Positions 1 to 10,129 of a stretch of 64,000 bases of DNA are shown here, piece by piece; position 1 is the first letter of the stretch; every line of letters begins with the position of its first letter. Source of the DNA: Marsupella aquatica (Eukaryota > Plantae > Marchantiophyta); NCBI GenBank assembly GCA_973895155.1, contig OZ316896.1:3944738-4008737 (forward strand), given 5' to 3'. Under the pieces are notes generated by a model, which did not search any database, was not told where the DNA came from, and was given only the letters and a program-made list of their open reading frames with translations. The translations under genes were made by a program, and so were the position numbers.

Positions 1-74
1 CAACGGGAGAGGCTACAATAATAACCACATGGTGTGGTTTTGCCCCTATCTCGCTAGTAGCACGAAATAACCCC

Positions 75-2300
75 TCAGAATGAGCAATTTGGCGGACGCA
101 AATCTCCCATTGATGAGGGATCAAAATAAATCAAGCTCGCAAGGTTCTTGTCTTCACGTATGATACAGTCTGCAAACCCAGCATTTTGTATATCCTGCAG
201 GGATCGCAATTTCAGCCTCTCACCGACCGGCCGCACTAGTTGGTTTCCTTGACTATCAACTGATTTCTGTATTCCTTCCACCAACCTGTAGAATATAGGG
301 TCGATCTCCTTCAACAAATTATCATTACTAATATTTACATTTAAGCACTTCTTCAGATAACCACTCAACGCATCTCTCAACTGCTTCAGCACCATCTTGT
401 CGAGCTTAAAGCGATCAATCATTCCTTTGACCCGCAATTTCCGCGCTGAATCTGTCAGACTTTTCAGCTCCGTCCGGGTGGATGTTTCCCCATTGAGTTT
501 ACTCAATAATAAAATCTCAAACTCAACTTTCATCTTCTTCTTTATACAGAATTGCTCCAAACTCATGCTGGTCGTTGACAACACTCGAGCCTCAGAGGAC
601 TTCCTCGCCTTCCCAGATTTCACTTTGATGCTTTGGTTTTTGAGTATAGACAGTCTTCCGCTCAACATATATTCCGCTGCCTTTCGAAGAACCGAGTCTG
701 AGCACCCTTGACAAGAACGGAACGTCTTCTTTAGAAGATGATAAGCACATGGATTATCCGCAATTTTGACGGTGTCCCTCTGTAAAATTCTGTTGTAAAT
801 TACAAGCTCTCCTGTCCTTGATAGTTCATAGACCTCCATCCACTTCTTGAATGTTTCGTCCTCCATTGTAAAGAGAAACGGAGCCAATTCTCCAAATTTC
901 ATCATTTCGTTCTTCCCCATTTGAGCCCATGGGCAGACAAAACTCGTAGCTCTCATAAATACCTGAAAAACAATGGAAACATGACAATTCTAAGCTTGAC
1001 GCGACCATTCGCGTGACAAAAGTTTATACGATAATGTGATCGAAGAGGGTTATTTATATACCTTCCAATTTGGATGACGATAATGTGATCCAGGCCACCC
1101 AAATGAGTTCCAGATATTACGACACTGTCGTACAATGGTGAGAAACTGTCCTTCTTCCATTGATGTTTGATGACAGTGGTTCAAAGCTTTTGATAATCCC
1201 ATCAAATGAACATTATTGTCGTTGTTGAGCGTTGCCCAAAACATTATAGCTTCTACAGTACCGCAAGCGTCTCGTACAACTTGGCTGACTTTGTCGTCCT
1301 CTCTCAGCAATTTGTACGCCATTATTGTGTGCTGGCCTTCGAGTATCCAGAAATGACTGGTCATAATGTCCTCCTCCTTTGGCGATGAATCGTAGGGCAT
1401 CCCATTGTAGTCGGGATCTCTGTCGGCCTCCGACTGAACCCACTTCACAGGGACTAAAAAGCAGCATTGCTTCTCGAACTTTATAGCCGAATGAGAGAGG
1501 AGTGAATTCTTTAGCCTATCTGTGTAATCCTGATTCCACTCTCGGCACTTGATGTGGTCCGGTGCAAGATGACAACGTGATGTCTCAACAAAAAATGACT
1601 TGCTGTTAAATATATTCACAGCACTATATTCTTTGAGGAAAGAATCAAACAGAGCCCCGACATTCGCTGAGGTAATTACTTTCGGAAGATTCTCCGCCGA
1701 GTATATTTCAACCTTGCTCACTGGCGGGGCCTTTCCCAAGCAAAATCCCTGGTTGAAAGGAACTCTCTGGAACTCAAGTACGTCAATAATGTATTGACAA
1801 ATCAAATCTCCCGTTGATGCCTCTGGATCGGAAGGATATCCCACACTAGTAACCTTTTCCAAGGCGTGCCTTGCACCTAGAAGATCATCGATTATGGGTT
1901 GATTGAAGGTTACATATTGCGTTCGATCCAAACAAATGCTTATTTTGTCTTCCTGCTGGTCGTCGCTGACTAGCAGAACCAATCCCTCTGTACACTCTTT
2001 AACTTTCATGTTCTTCTCAAAGAAACACCCGAGAATTTTTGATCTCTCCAAAACTGTAGCTTTATCATTTCTTGCCACCACAAGACGGACAGCCCCATTG
2101 CGAACGACTATTCCAAAATCGGATATCTCAGTCGATTCAAAGAGATGGATACTCTTTGTCTCCGTTGTTCTCTCTCTGATTGACTTTCCTCGATATGCAA
2201 GTATGGATGTCTCTGCGGGAGTCATTTTTGTCTTGGCTTTCTTTCGAGAAGCAGCTTTAGACGAGTCTCTTTTCCGCTTTGAGGTTCCGATAGGATCCAT
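75..2300 (-). CDS. ParB/Sulfiredoxin-fold protein, two exons (2300-1062, 962-75); possibly continues past a frameshift beyond the window start
   Basis: ORF 1050-2300 shows the ParB/Srx pattern CREWNQDYTDRLKNSL...FWILEGQHTIMAYKLL...VEAIMF...LSKALN. A 99-nt GT..AG intron (1061-963; AAG|GTATAT...TTTTTCAG|GTA) joins it in phase 0 to ORF 75-956 (NWK|VFMRATS). The N-terminus is NLS-like (KRKR, RKKAK). Confidence 0.7.
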
Positions 2301-2375
2301 TCTTAAATAGACAAATATTGAAAGTTAAACATTTATTATAAAATACTAACACGCACATGGTCGCGTCGTGCCGAA

Positions 2376-2906
2376 TTACATTTTAGGAACATTTATCCTG
2401 ACCCAATCTTCTCGCTCATCTTCATCTAACCAAAACCAAAGGTTCCTAAATGTGTCAAGTTCAGATCCTTCAAATCCACCCAAAATGTCCAGCGGCGGGA
2501 GAGTTCTGATGGATTCTGTAAATCTTAATGCTACACTCCGTGAAGTCAAATGCCTTCGAAGCGATTCATATCCTGGTCTATCAGTGAAGTCGTAAGCTAC
2601 CAAGGTGACCGTCGCCCATGTACTACTATAAGTAACTATGTGGCACCACTTCTTACTGACTGTTCGAATGGCGATCAAGTCCATGACCCGATTTTTAATC
2701 GCAGTATTCGACAAATTCCCAAGACAGTGGAAAAACTCTTTGACTAATGGCCAAATATATTTCTCGACAATATCATCCGGAAGACCGGGTATCAGGTCTT
2801 CAGCTTGACTCCATATCATGTTTCGGTTCATAACCTTTGCACGTGCAATGCGCTCCATCATCATTTGACAATGAGATTTTTGATTCATGTCAAAGGACTG
2901 CAGCAT
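2376..2906 (-). CDS. F-box-like protein, paralog 1
   Basis: LIPGLPDDIVEKYIWPLV...IRTVSKKWCHIV is a plant F-box signature with an internal insertion. Intronless, 176 aa. Confidence 0.7.
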   Translation of the reverse strand: MLQSFDMNQKSHCQMMMERIARAKVMNRNMIWSQAEDLIPGLPDDIVEKYIWPLVKEFFHCLGNLSNTAIKNRVMDLIAIRTVSKKWCHIVTYSSTWATVTLVAYDFTDRPGYESLRRHLTSRSVALRFTESIRTLPPLDILGGFEGSELDTFRNLWFWLDEDEREDWVRINVPKM

Positions 2907-2940
2907 AATATGGAAAAGATTAAGAACAAGACCCTATCCA

Positions 2941-3507
2941 TTAAGAACTGGGACCACCGAGATTCTGAGAAAATCTACCAAACCTTTCGATTAGGACATC
3001 TCGTTCTTCCTCATCTAAATTCCTATATTTGTTTGTAAACAATGCGATTTCATCAGAAGTAGTAGTCCCAAGAACAGATATTTCTGGAAGCATAGAAATA
3101 TCCTGTCGAATAACTCGATAGACTGAGTCAAACTCCAACTCCTCAGTTTCGGGTATGTCGTAAAGAGCATCATTTGCGACATCGACAATCCGGTTTGCTT
3201 GTTTGAGGATAGTCCATAACCTTGTATTTGTAACTAAAAAGTTCCACTTCTTGCTACAAGCTCCAAGCCGAATAAGGTCTCGGACCCTATTGATAACCAA
3301 ATCGTTATCGAGGTGTCGATATCCACGCAATCTTTCAATTGAAATAAAGTGTTCGTAGAGTATTGGCCAAATGTTTGAAATGACCAAAACATCTGGTATT
3401 CCTCCAATGAGACTAGAGGAGGTTTCATCCAGCGTATCCCATATTGTTTTCTGTTTCTTTTCATGAGATGAAAGGAAATCTCGAGTCTCATTCAAAAGTT
3501 GGCTCAT
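2941..3507 (-). CDS. F-box-like protein, paralog 2
   Basis: LIGGIPDVLVISNIWPIL...LGACSKKWNFLV. The C-terminal LPEISVLG..EIALF..LDEEER motif is shared with paralog 1. Confidence 0.68.
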   Translation of the reverse strand: MSQLLNETRDFLSSHEKKQKTIWDTLDETSSSLIGGIPDVLVISNIWPILYEHFISIERLRGYRHLDNDLVINRVRDLIRLGACSKKWNFLVTNTRLWTILKQANRIVDVANDALYDIPETEELEFDSVYRVIRQDISMLPEISVLGTTTSDEIALFTNKYRNLDEEERDVLIERFGRFSQNLGGPSS

Positions 3508-3572
3508 CCTGCTTTTATCATATCACAAAACATTGTTAGAAGACATACGACGCGCTTCGTCACGTAAGTTAA

Positions 3573-4124
3573 CTAGAATTCCTTAAAAGCGTAGATGTCA
3601 CCCTCAAGGTATCCAACTTCGTGGCATCTGACTGTAAATTTCCATTTTTCAAGAGGGTGAAGAGCATTGTAAGTCTTCGTGAAGAGTTCCCTAAGATCTC
3701 TGGACATTGACCCCATGAATTTAATTCTTGGGTATTTCTGGAATAAACTTTGAACTGTCGATGAGAGAGACTCATTTCCGATCGGTTTAGTAGGATTTCC
3801 TGGGAAAGCCAAATCTAATAAACTCAACTTGATTACACCCAGAATATAGGTATTCCCAACAAGGTGGCGCCATCTGCGACACACCGAAGATAGTCCTACA
3901 AACTCATCCAATTCCTTTATTGAGAAATTTCCTGCATTAGCCGAGGAATTAAAAGTCTCCTGGATCCGAGGCCATATCAATTCCGCGACAATGAAATCTG
4001 GAAGTCCAGGTAGTAGTGTTTCAACAAATACAGAATATCCCGCAAGTAGACCATCTTGGCTTCTGTCCAAAACGTCAAATATTGGGCATAGATATCTGAA
4101 GCTCTCTAGACCAGGTTCGCCCAT
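3573..4124 (-). CDS. F-box-like protein, paralog 3
   Basis: LLPGLPDFIVAELIWPRI...LSSVCRRWRHLV. The C-terminal YPRIKFMG..LRELF motif aligns with paralogs 1 and 2. Confidence 0.68.
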   Translation of the reverse strand: MGEPGLESFRYLCPIFDVLDRSQDGLLAGYSVFVETLLPGLPDFIVAELIWPRIQETFNSSANAGNFSIKELDEFVGLSSVCRRWRHLVGNTYILGVIKLSLLDLAFPGNPTKPIGNESLSSTVQSLFQKYPRIKFMGSMSRDLRELFTKTYNALHPLEKWKFTVRCHEVGYLEGDIYAFKEF

Positions 4125-4263
4125 GACTCTTTTCAGCCAAATGATATATCCCAGAGATTATATTTCACGCGACTGGTCGCGTCTACAAATCAGAATGCAT
4201 AAACAATTCTTTGAGAGACTGATTTTTTCGGGTCACAACGTGAAATCATAAATATTGCTTCGT

Positions 4264-4850
4264 CCTCTAACAGAACCAGTCAATGAGAGAGCAACCTCAG
4301 ACGCGACTGGTCGCGTCAATTGAACCTAAATAACTATATCCACTGAACCTTCTGCGGAGATTTGGATATGGTACGCGCTCAGTAAATCTATCCAGTTTCC
4401 TTCTCACACGCGATTGGTCGCATCAACTGGTCCTAAAAGGAACCCTACCTCCTCTAACAGAACCAGTCAATGAGAGCTCTACCTCAGACGCGACTGGTCG
4501 CGTCAACTGAACCTAAACAACTATATCCACTGAACTTTCCTTGTGGAGATTTGGATATGGTATGCGCTCAGTAAATCTATCCAGTTTCCTTCTCACACGC
4601 GACTGGTCACGTCAACTGGTCCTAAAAGGAACCTTACCTCCTCTAACAGAACCAGTCAATGAGAGAGCAACCTCAGACGCGACTGGTCGCGTCAACTGAA
4701 CCTAAACAACTATATCCACTGAACCTTCTATGGAGATTTGGATATGGTACGCGCTCAGTAAATCTATCTAGTTTCCTTCTCACACGCGACTGGTCGCGTC
4801 AACTGGTTCTAAAAGGAACCTCACAGTATTTTCACACGACTGGTCGCGTC
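4264..4850. repeat. Tandem repeat, ~188-bp unit x3, two 18-bp palindromes per unit
   Basis: CCTCTAACAGAACCAGTCAATGAGAG starts at 4264, 4451 and 4640. ACGCGACTGGTCGCGT variants at ~4300, 4408, 4487, 4596, 4676, 4783, 4833. Confidence 0.95.
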
Positions 4851-7384
4851 AACAGCTGAAACAACTTTTGGACAATAGGATAATACAGTGATACAACTGT
4901 GATTACTGACCCGTACGGACAAGGAAATCCGAGGAAGCATAATCATTCATTTGTATTCATTCATGAACTTTACAATAATTCAGATGTTTGAGCTCTGTCA
5001 TTGTGAAACTATTATATATTAGAAGTTTAGAGAATGATCCAGCTAAGATGATTCAATTTAGCAGTCTACTGGTTGTATTCGTCAATTAAAGGATTCAATT
5101 TAATGAGATTCACATAACATGAGAGTTTATATGATTAAATTCACAGCGTGCAAGTTTGTAATGACTTACTTAAGACGATTCAGGTTGTATTTTAATTAGT
5201 GAGTTTGTATGATTCACACATATTTGAGTTTACAAACAAACCGCATTATGAAAATTGTGCTTAACAATCAAGAGAAATTTTAGCAAACCACAATCAACAC
5301 CAGCAGAAAATGTAGAAATTACACCTGAATTCTGAAAAATTGATGTAATCGCCTGAGAGATTGACGTCCAAGCACTTGAACACCTTGCTGCGGCATTCCA
5401 GAAAGTAAATATAAGTTTGAAGATATTAATATGCTAAGCAACAACAACACAGCTTCTATACTTCTATACATAGAGCTTCGCTGCCACCAATTGAATAACA
5501 TGTGCTTAATGCTAAGGAGCTCATTATGTTGAGTTAAAAAGATTCTTTCAGAAGTACAATCAAAGCTGTGGATAGGCAAACTGAGCATGAATAAAAGCGC
5601 ACTAAACCTGAAGATTCAAAGAGGTGAAACAAACCAGAATGCTGAATGGAAGGAGCTAAAACAAGCTGCCAAAAAGTAGTTCGAGCTGCTGAAACACGTT
5701 GATCGAGCTGATATGAGCTTAAAATTGGCTGACACGAGCTGATACAAGCACTCCCAAAAAGCTAGCTGCAACGAACTAGCAAACTAGAAGTGAATACGAG
5801 CTGTAAATGCGAGCTGCAATGCGCCAACGAGCTCCTGGTCGAAACGATGGACAACTACTAAGAGTTGCAATGCGCCGACAAGCACCTGACCACAACGAAC
5901 GAGCTGCAACGACAAAAATAAAATCCAGGGCAGGAGCGAGAGCGAGAGCGACGAGAGCAGGCGCGCAAAAGTCTAGGGAGCGAGAAACAACAACAATGAA
6001 CAATGAACTCGAGACCGTGGGTGCCGACACTAAGGAAGGACTAATTAGGGTATTGTTTTAGCATAACCCTAATAACAGCCTAGCGACAGGAAGGTTCCAG
6101 ATGATCTCCGTACACTCCACCATCGACTGAACAAACTATGCAATCGTGAAAAAAAGATTATCGGATTCTTTTTGATTTTCCGTACTAAAGGAGATTTCTA
6201 TTTGATGGCCAATTTGAAATTTAAATCGGTAATTATGCAACTACAAAAGATTATTAGTGGGGACCCCCGGATCCGGATCCGTATCTTCACTATATCTGCC
6301 AATTCAAATCCAAAATGTGAACGAACAACAACTTTCTCACGATCGTTCCATCACGTAGTGGAGGCAAACTTCAAAATCATTCCATTTTGGTAGTGGAGAC
6401 CGTCGGATCCGGATCCGTACTCCACTCTCTATCTTGCCAATTCAAACCCTTACTCTAAACAACGTAAAACAATTCTCACGGTCGGGGAGAACCGATATTC
6501 AAAATCAATCCTGTACAATGATTCTCACAACTGGAGACTCAACCAATTTTCAAAATCAAAATCGAGTCCAGATGAACACATCCTCCATGGAGTCAATAGA
6601 CTGATCTCATTGCTCACGGATCATTCTTCATTTTCAGTTTCTCCTGACCAGGATACTAGCTGGGCTCTCAGTGGAGGCTGATCCAAGGCACATTTGAGGT
6701 GGAGCAGATTGGATCATTCGACTATTCCAGTCGGAGGCGGAGCTCATTCAAGCAACGCTGGCGCAGTTCTTGTTGTATCACCTTCAATCTTGGGGAGAGC
6801 ACATCCGATCAAGTGGGAGAGTTGCGACGAAGTGAGACGACAAACATTTAGAACCTCCATAGTCTACCTCATTCATCGAAGCATTCTAGCGGACCAACAA
6901 AGAGCGGCTATTCTGAAATCACAGTCTAGTCGAGGATTTTGATCTTGATATGATCAACAAGTTGTCATTCTCTGGTGGTGGGATTCGATCACGATACTCA
7001 AGGAAATTGGAGTTCGAAGGAGGAGGCTTAGTTGGCTGGGACGAGGAGGGTACGCTTGAAGGAAGAGGCTTGGCTGGGAGGAGGGTTTCCGCCAACATCG
7101 GAGGGTTGCCGCCAACATTGCTTAGACCACACGCAACTGAATAACTTGTAAGTATCAATCAGCATTAATTCCACAATAAATGAGGAGAGTAGTTGCCTTA
7201 AATCACGCATTCAATGCATGAATTGAGTCAATGAAGTTATGGTCCAATTTCTCACTCCGAGTTTGATCAATCCGTGTTTCAAGTCCAATACAGAAGCAAT
7301 GTATCAGAAGTACTAGTAGAGGATCCGAATGAATTCTCTAGTCTAAAATTGTATGGCGTACGCGTATAGTTGTCCGTACGTTTT

Positions 7385-8335
7385 GCTATTGTTTATTGTA
7401 GTCGACGGCCTAGCAAAACGAAACGTAATCGAGGTCCATTTTTCAGATCTTCCTGATCTCAACTTGTTAGTAGGATGACCTGTTTTTTGGTTACACATGC
7501 AGTTCGTCACGCGCACAGTCGCGTGAACCAATTTATCTCGTGTCTTTTGATATTGTTTATTGTAGTCGACAGCCTAGCGAATTGGCCAGAAATCTATTTT
7601 AAAACCAACGTCTTCGTTTCATCATGCGCACGGTCGCGTTAATGTTTTAGAGGTCAGCAAAAGTTCTGCACTCTTAGATGTAATCGCCCTTTATTTCAGA
7701 GATCTTCCTGATCTCAACTTGTTAGTAGGATGACCTGTTTTTTGGTTACACATGTAGTTCATCACGCGCACAGTCGCATGAACCAATTTATCTCGTGTCT
7801 TTTGATAATGTTTATTGTAGTCGAAAGCCTAGAGAATTGGCCAGAAATCTATTTTGAAACCGAGTTCTGATTCACACGACCGGTCGCGTTAATGTTTTAG
7901 AGGTCAGCGAAAGCTCTGCACTCTTAGACGTAATCGCCCTTTATTTCTCAGATCTTTCTGATCTCAACTTGTTAGTAGGATGACCTGTTTTTTGGGTTAC
8001 ACGTGTAGTTCATCACGCGCACAGTCGCGTGAACCAATTTATCTTGATATTGTTTATTGTAGTCGACTGCCCAGCGAATTGGCCAGAAATATATTTTAAA
8101 ACCGAGGTCTTTGTTTCATCACGCGCCCGGTCGCGTTAATGTTTTAGAGGTCAGCGAAAGCTCTGCACTCTTAGACGTAATCGCCCTTTATTTCTCAGAT
8201 CTGCCTGATCTCAACTTGTTAGTAGGATGACCTATTTTTGGTTACACATGTAGTTCATCATGCGCATAGTCGCGTGAACCAATTTATCTCAGGTCTTTTT
8301 GATATTGTTTATTGTAGTCGACAGCCTAGCGAATT
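7385..8335. repeat. Tandem repeat, ~250-bp unit x~4, with degenerate palindromes
   Basis: AGATCT(T/G)(C/T)CTGATCTCAACTTGTTAGTAGGATGACC recurs at ~7445, 7699, 7950, 8197. CACGCGCACAGTCGCGTG-type motifs occur about twice per unit. Confidence 0.95.
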
Positions 8336-8508
8336 GTCAGTCAGAGGAATCTTGATTTTTCCTTGATTGCAAAAATGGTTACATCGATCCCGAAGGACTT
8401 CGGATGTGGAATCCATATCCACTAGCACTATCCAGGAATTTAAGCTACACAGTATCTATAACAAGTTCTAACTTGAACTACTCTTGAATCTGTAGTTCTA
8501 ATCTTCGA

Positions 8509-9081
8509 CTACTCAAAATATTGTTGACTTCGATCGAGTAAGTCATTCCAAGATGAAGGGATCCACTCATCGGTGTCTGGTGTGGATTCCCTTGAATCCA
8601 TAAATTCTTCCTTTGCCCAAGTCCTAACGTCCATAGATTTTCTCGGCTTGCTCTTTCTGTAATACAAATCAGAATCTTTGTTCATCTCTAATTGCCTTTT
8701 CTTCGGTGCGTCCACTTTCTTGGCCTCCTTCTTGACTGTCTCAGCGTCTGCTGCTGCTTCCCCCGAAATGGATTCGACGCATGCTCTGGCCTTCAACTTC
8801 TCCCCCCTCAAAACGGATTCCACGAGGGCTTTGCCCTTTAACTTCTCCCCTGATGCCATCTTTGTAGTCATCTCTGTCGGATTGGTGTCCATCTGATCTT
8901 CCATCGACAAATGTGGCGAACAATGTCCTCTCTCACAAAACATTTGACCCGATTTAGTCACCGTAAACATTATATTACATCGCTGACACATTCTGTAAGG
9001 AGTACCCCGAATTTGATACGTCAAACCTTCTGAATCGTCCGTCGAAACATCCTCATTCTTTGAGCTCAGCGGAGTAGTCAT
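8509..9081 (-). CDS. Small Zn-ribbon-like protein of unknown function (element passenger)
   Basis: 190-aa ATG ORF with CQRC-x13-CERGHC and a basic C-terminal patch (PKKRQ, YRKSKPRK). Confidence 0.5.
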   Translation of the reverse strand: MTTPLSSKNEDVSTDDSEGLTYQIRGTPYRMCQRCNIMFTVTKSGQMFCERGHCSPHLSMEDQMDTNPTEMTTKMASGEKLKGKALVESVLRGEKLKARACVESISGEAAADAETVKKEAKKVDAPKKRQLEMNKDSDLYYRKSKPRKSMDVRTWAKEEFMDSRESTPDTDEWIPSSWNDLLDRSQQYFE

Positions 9082-9264
9082 CGCCCTTCAAACAAGAGAT
9101 GTTGACCGAGACTAAGAATTGGAAATGAGAGAGCTGATGTACGAATAGATTATCCAGTAGCCAGAAAGTGGAATGCATGGGGGAATGAGCAATAGAGATC
9201 ATCTCAATGCTTTATACTGTTTAGTCTCCACTAGTCATTGTACATAGTGGTTTCTAGAAGAGGG

Positions 9265-10100
9265 TGCGCGTTTGACTGGCGCGTATTAGAATTGGCGGGA
9301 AGTTCAGTTGTCCGGTGTCCACTCATTGGTAAACTGGTACTGTCCACCCATTTTTCCTGAGTGGAGTTGAAATGATTTTTCGTAATCGATTGTAGTCGTT
9401 CTCATTCACTTGAAATGACTGACGGACCATGCATTATCTTTACCGGTATGTGTGATGCCTTTAGATCCGTAATTGTATCTTCCTGTCTCGCGCGTAATCG
9501 TATCTTACTTATGAAGTACCAATTACGAGCTAGAGTTTGGGCCTAGCCTTCTAGCTTCTACGTCGTAGACCCTGTACCCTCTGACTAAGGTCACGCGACA
9601 TGCCTTTAGATCCGTAATTGTATCTTCCTGTCTCACGCGCAATCGTATCTTACTTATGAAGTACCAAGTACGAGCTAGAGTTTGGGCCTAGCCTTCTAGC
9701 TTCTACGTCGTAGACCCTGTTATCCCTACACCCTCTGACTAAGGTCACGCGACTAGTCGCGTGCAGGGCAGTGCATTGACTACATTCTGCCTACTTATTG
9801 ACAGTTGTGACAGGACAATGCAGTTCACGGACGTTTTACTGGCGCTTATTAGCACTACTGTCCTCAGTAGTTACTGACTGTCCACTCATTTGTTTTGAGT
9901 GGATGTGAAATGATTGATCGTAATCGATTGTGGTCATTCTCATTCATTTGACATGACTGACGGACCATGCATAGTCTGTTGCCGGTATGTGTGGTACCTC
10001 TAGGGTCACGCGACCAGTCGCGTGCAGCGCAGTGCATTGACTACATTCTGCTTATTGACCGACGTGACAGGACAGTGCAGTGAAATTGACGGACGTGACA
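9265..10100. repeat. Nested direct duplications in the divergent intergenic region upstream of the transposase
   Basis: TGCCTTTAGATCCGTAATTG at 9456 and 9601 (145-bp unit); ~9270-9452 resembles ~9830-9992; 9745-9830 resembles 10005-10095. Palindromes at 9746 and 10007. Confidence 0.9.
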
Positions 10101-10129
10101 GGACTATACGCTTACAGTGATATTCTCTG

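Noticed and set aside
5319-7531. Short ORFs in the middle of the putative element
   Set aside because: No recognisable motifs or convincing splice chain; treated as non-coding or decayed.
4264-8335. Regularly spaced palindromes resembling a CRISPR array
   Set aside because: The sequences between palindromes are themselves repeated (tandem units), not unique spacers. No cas genes; eukaryotic context.
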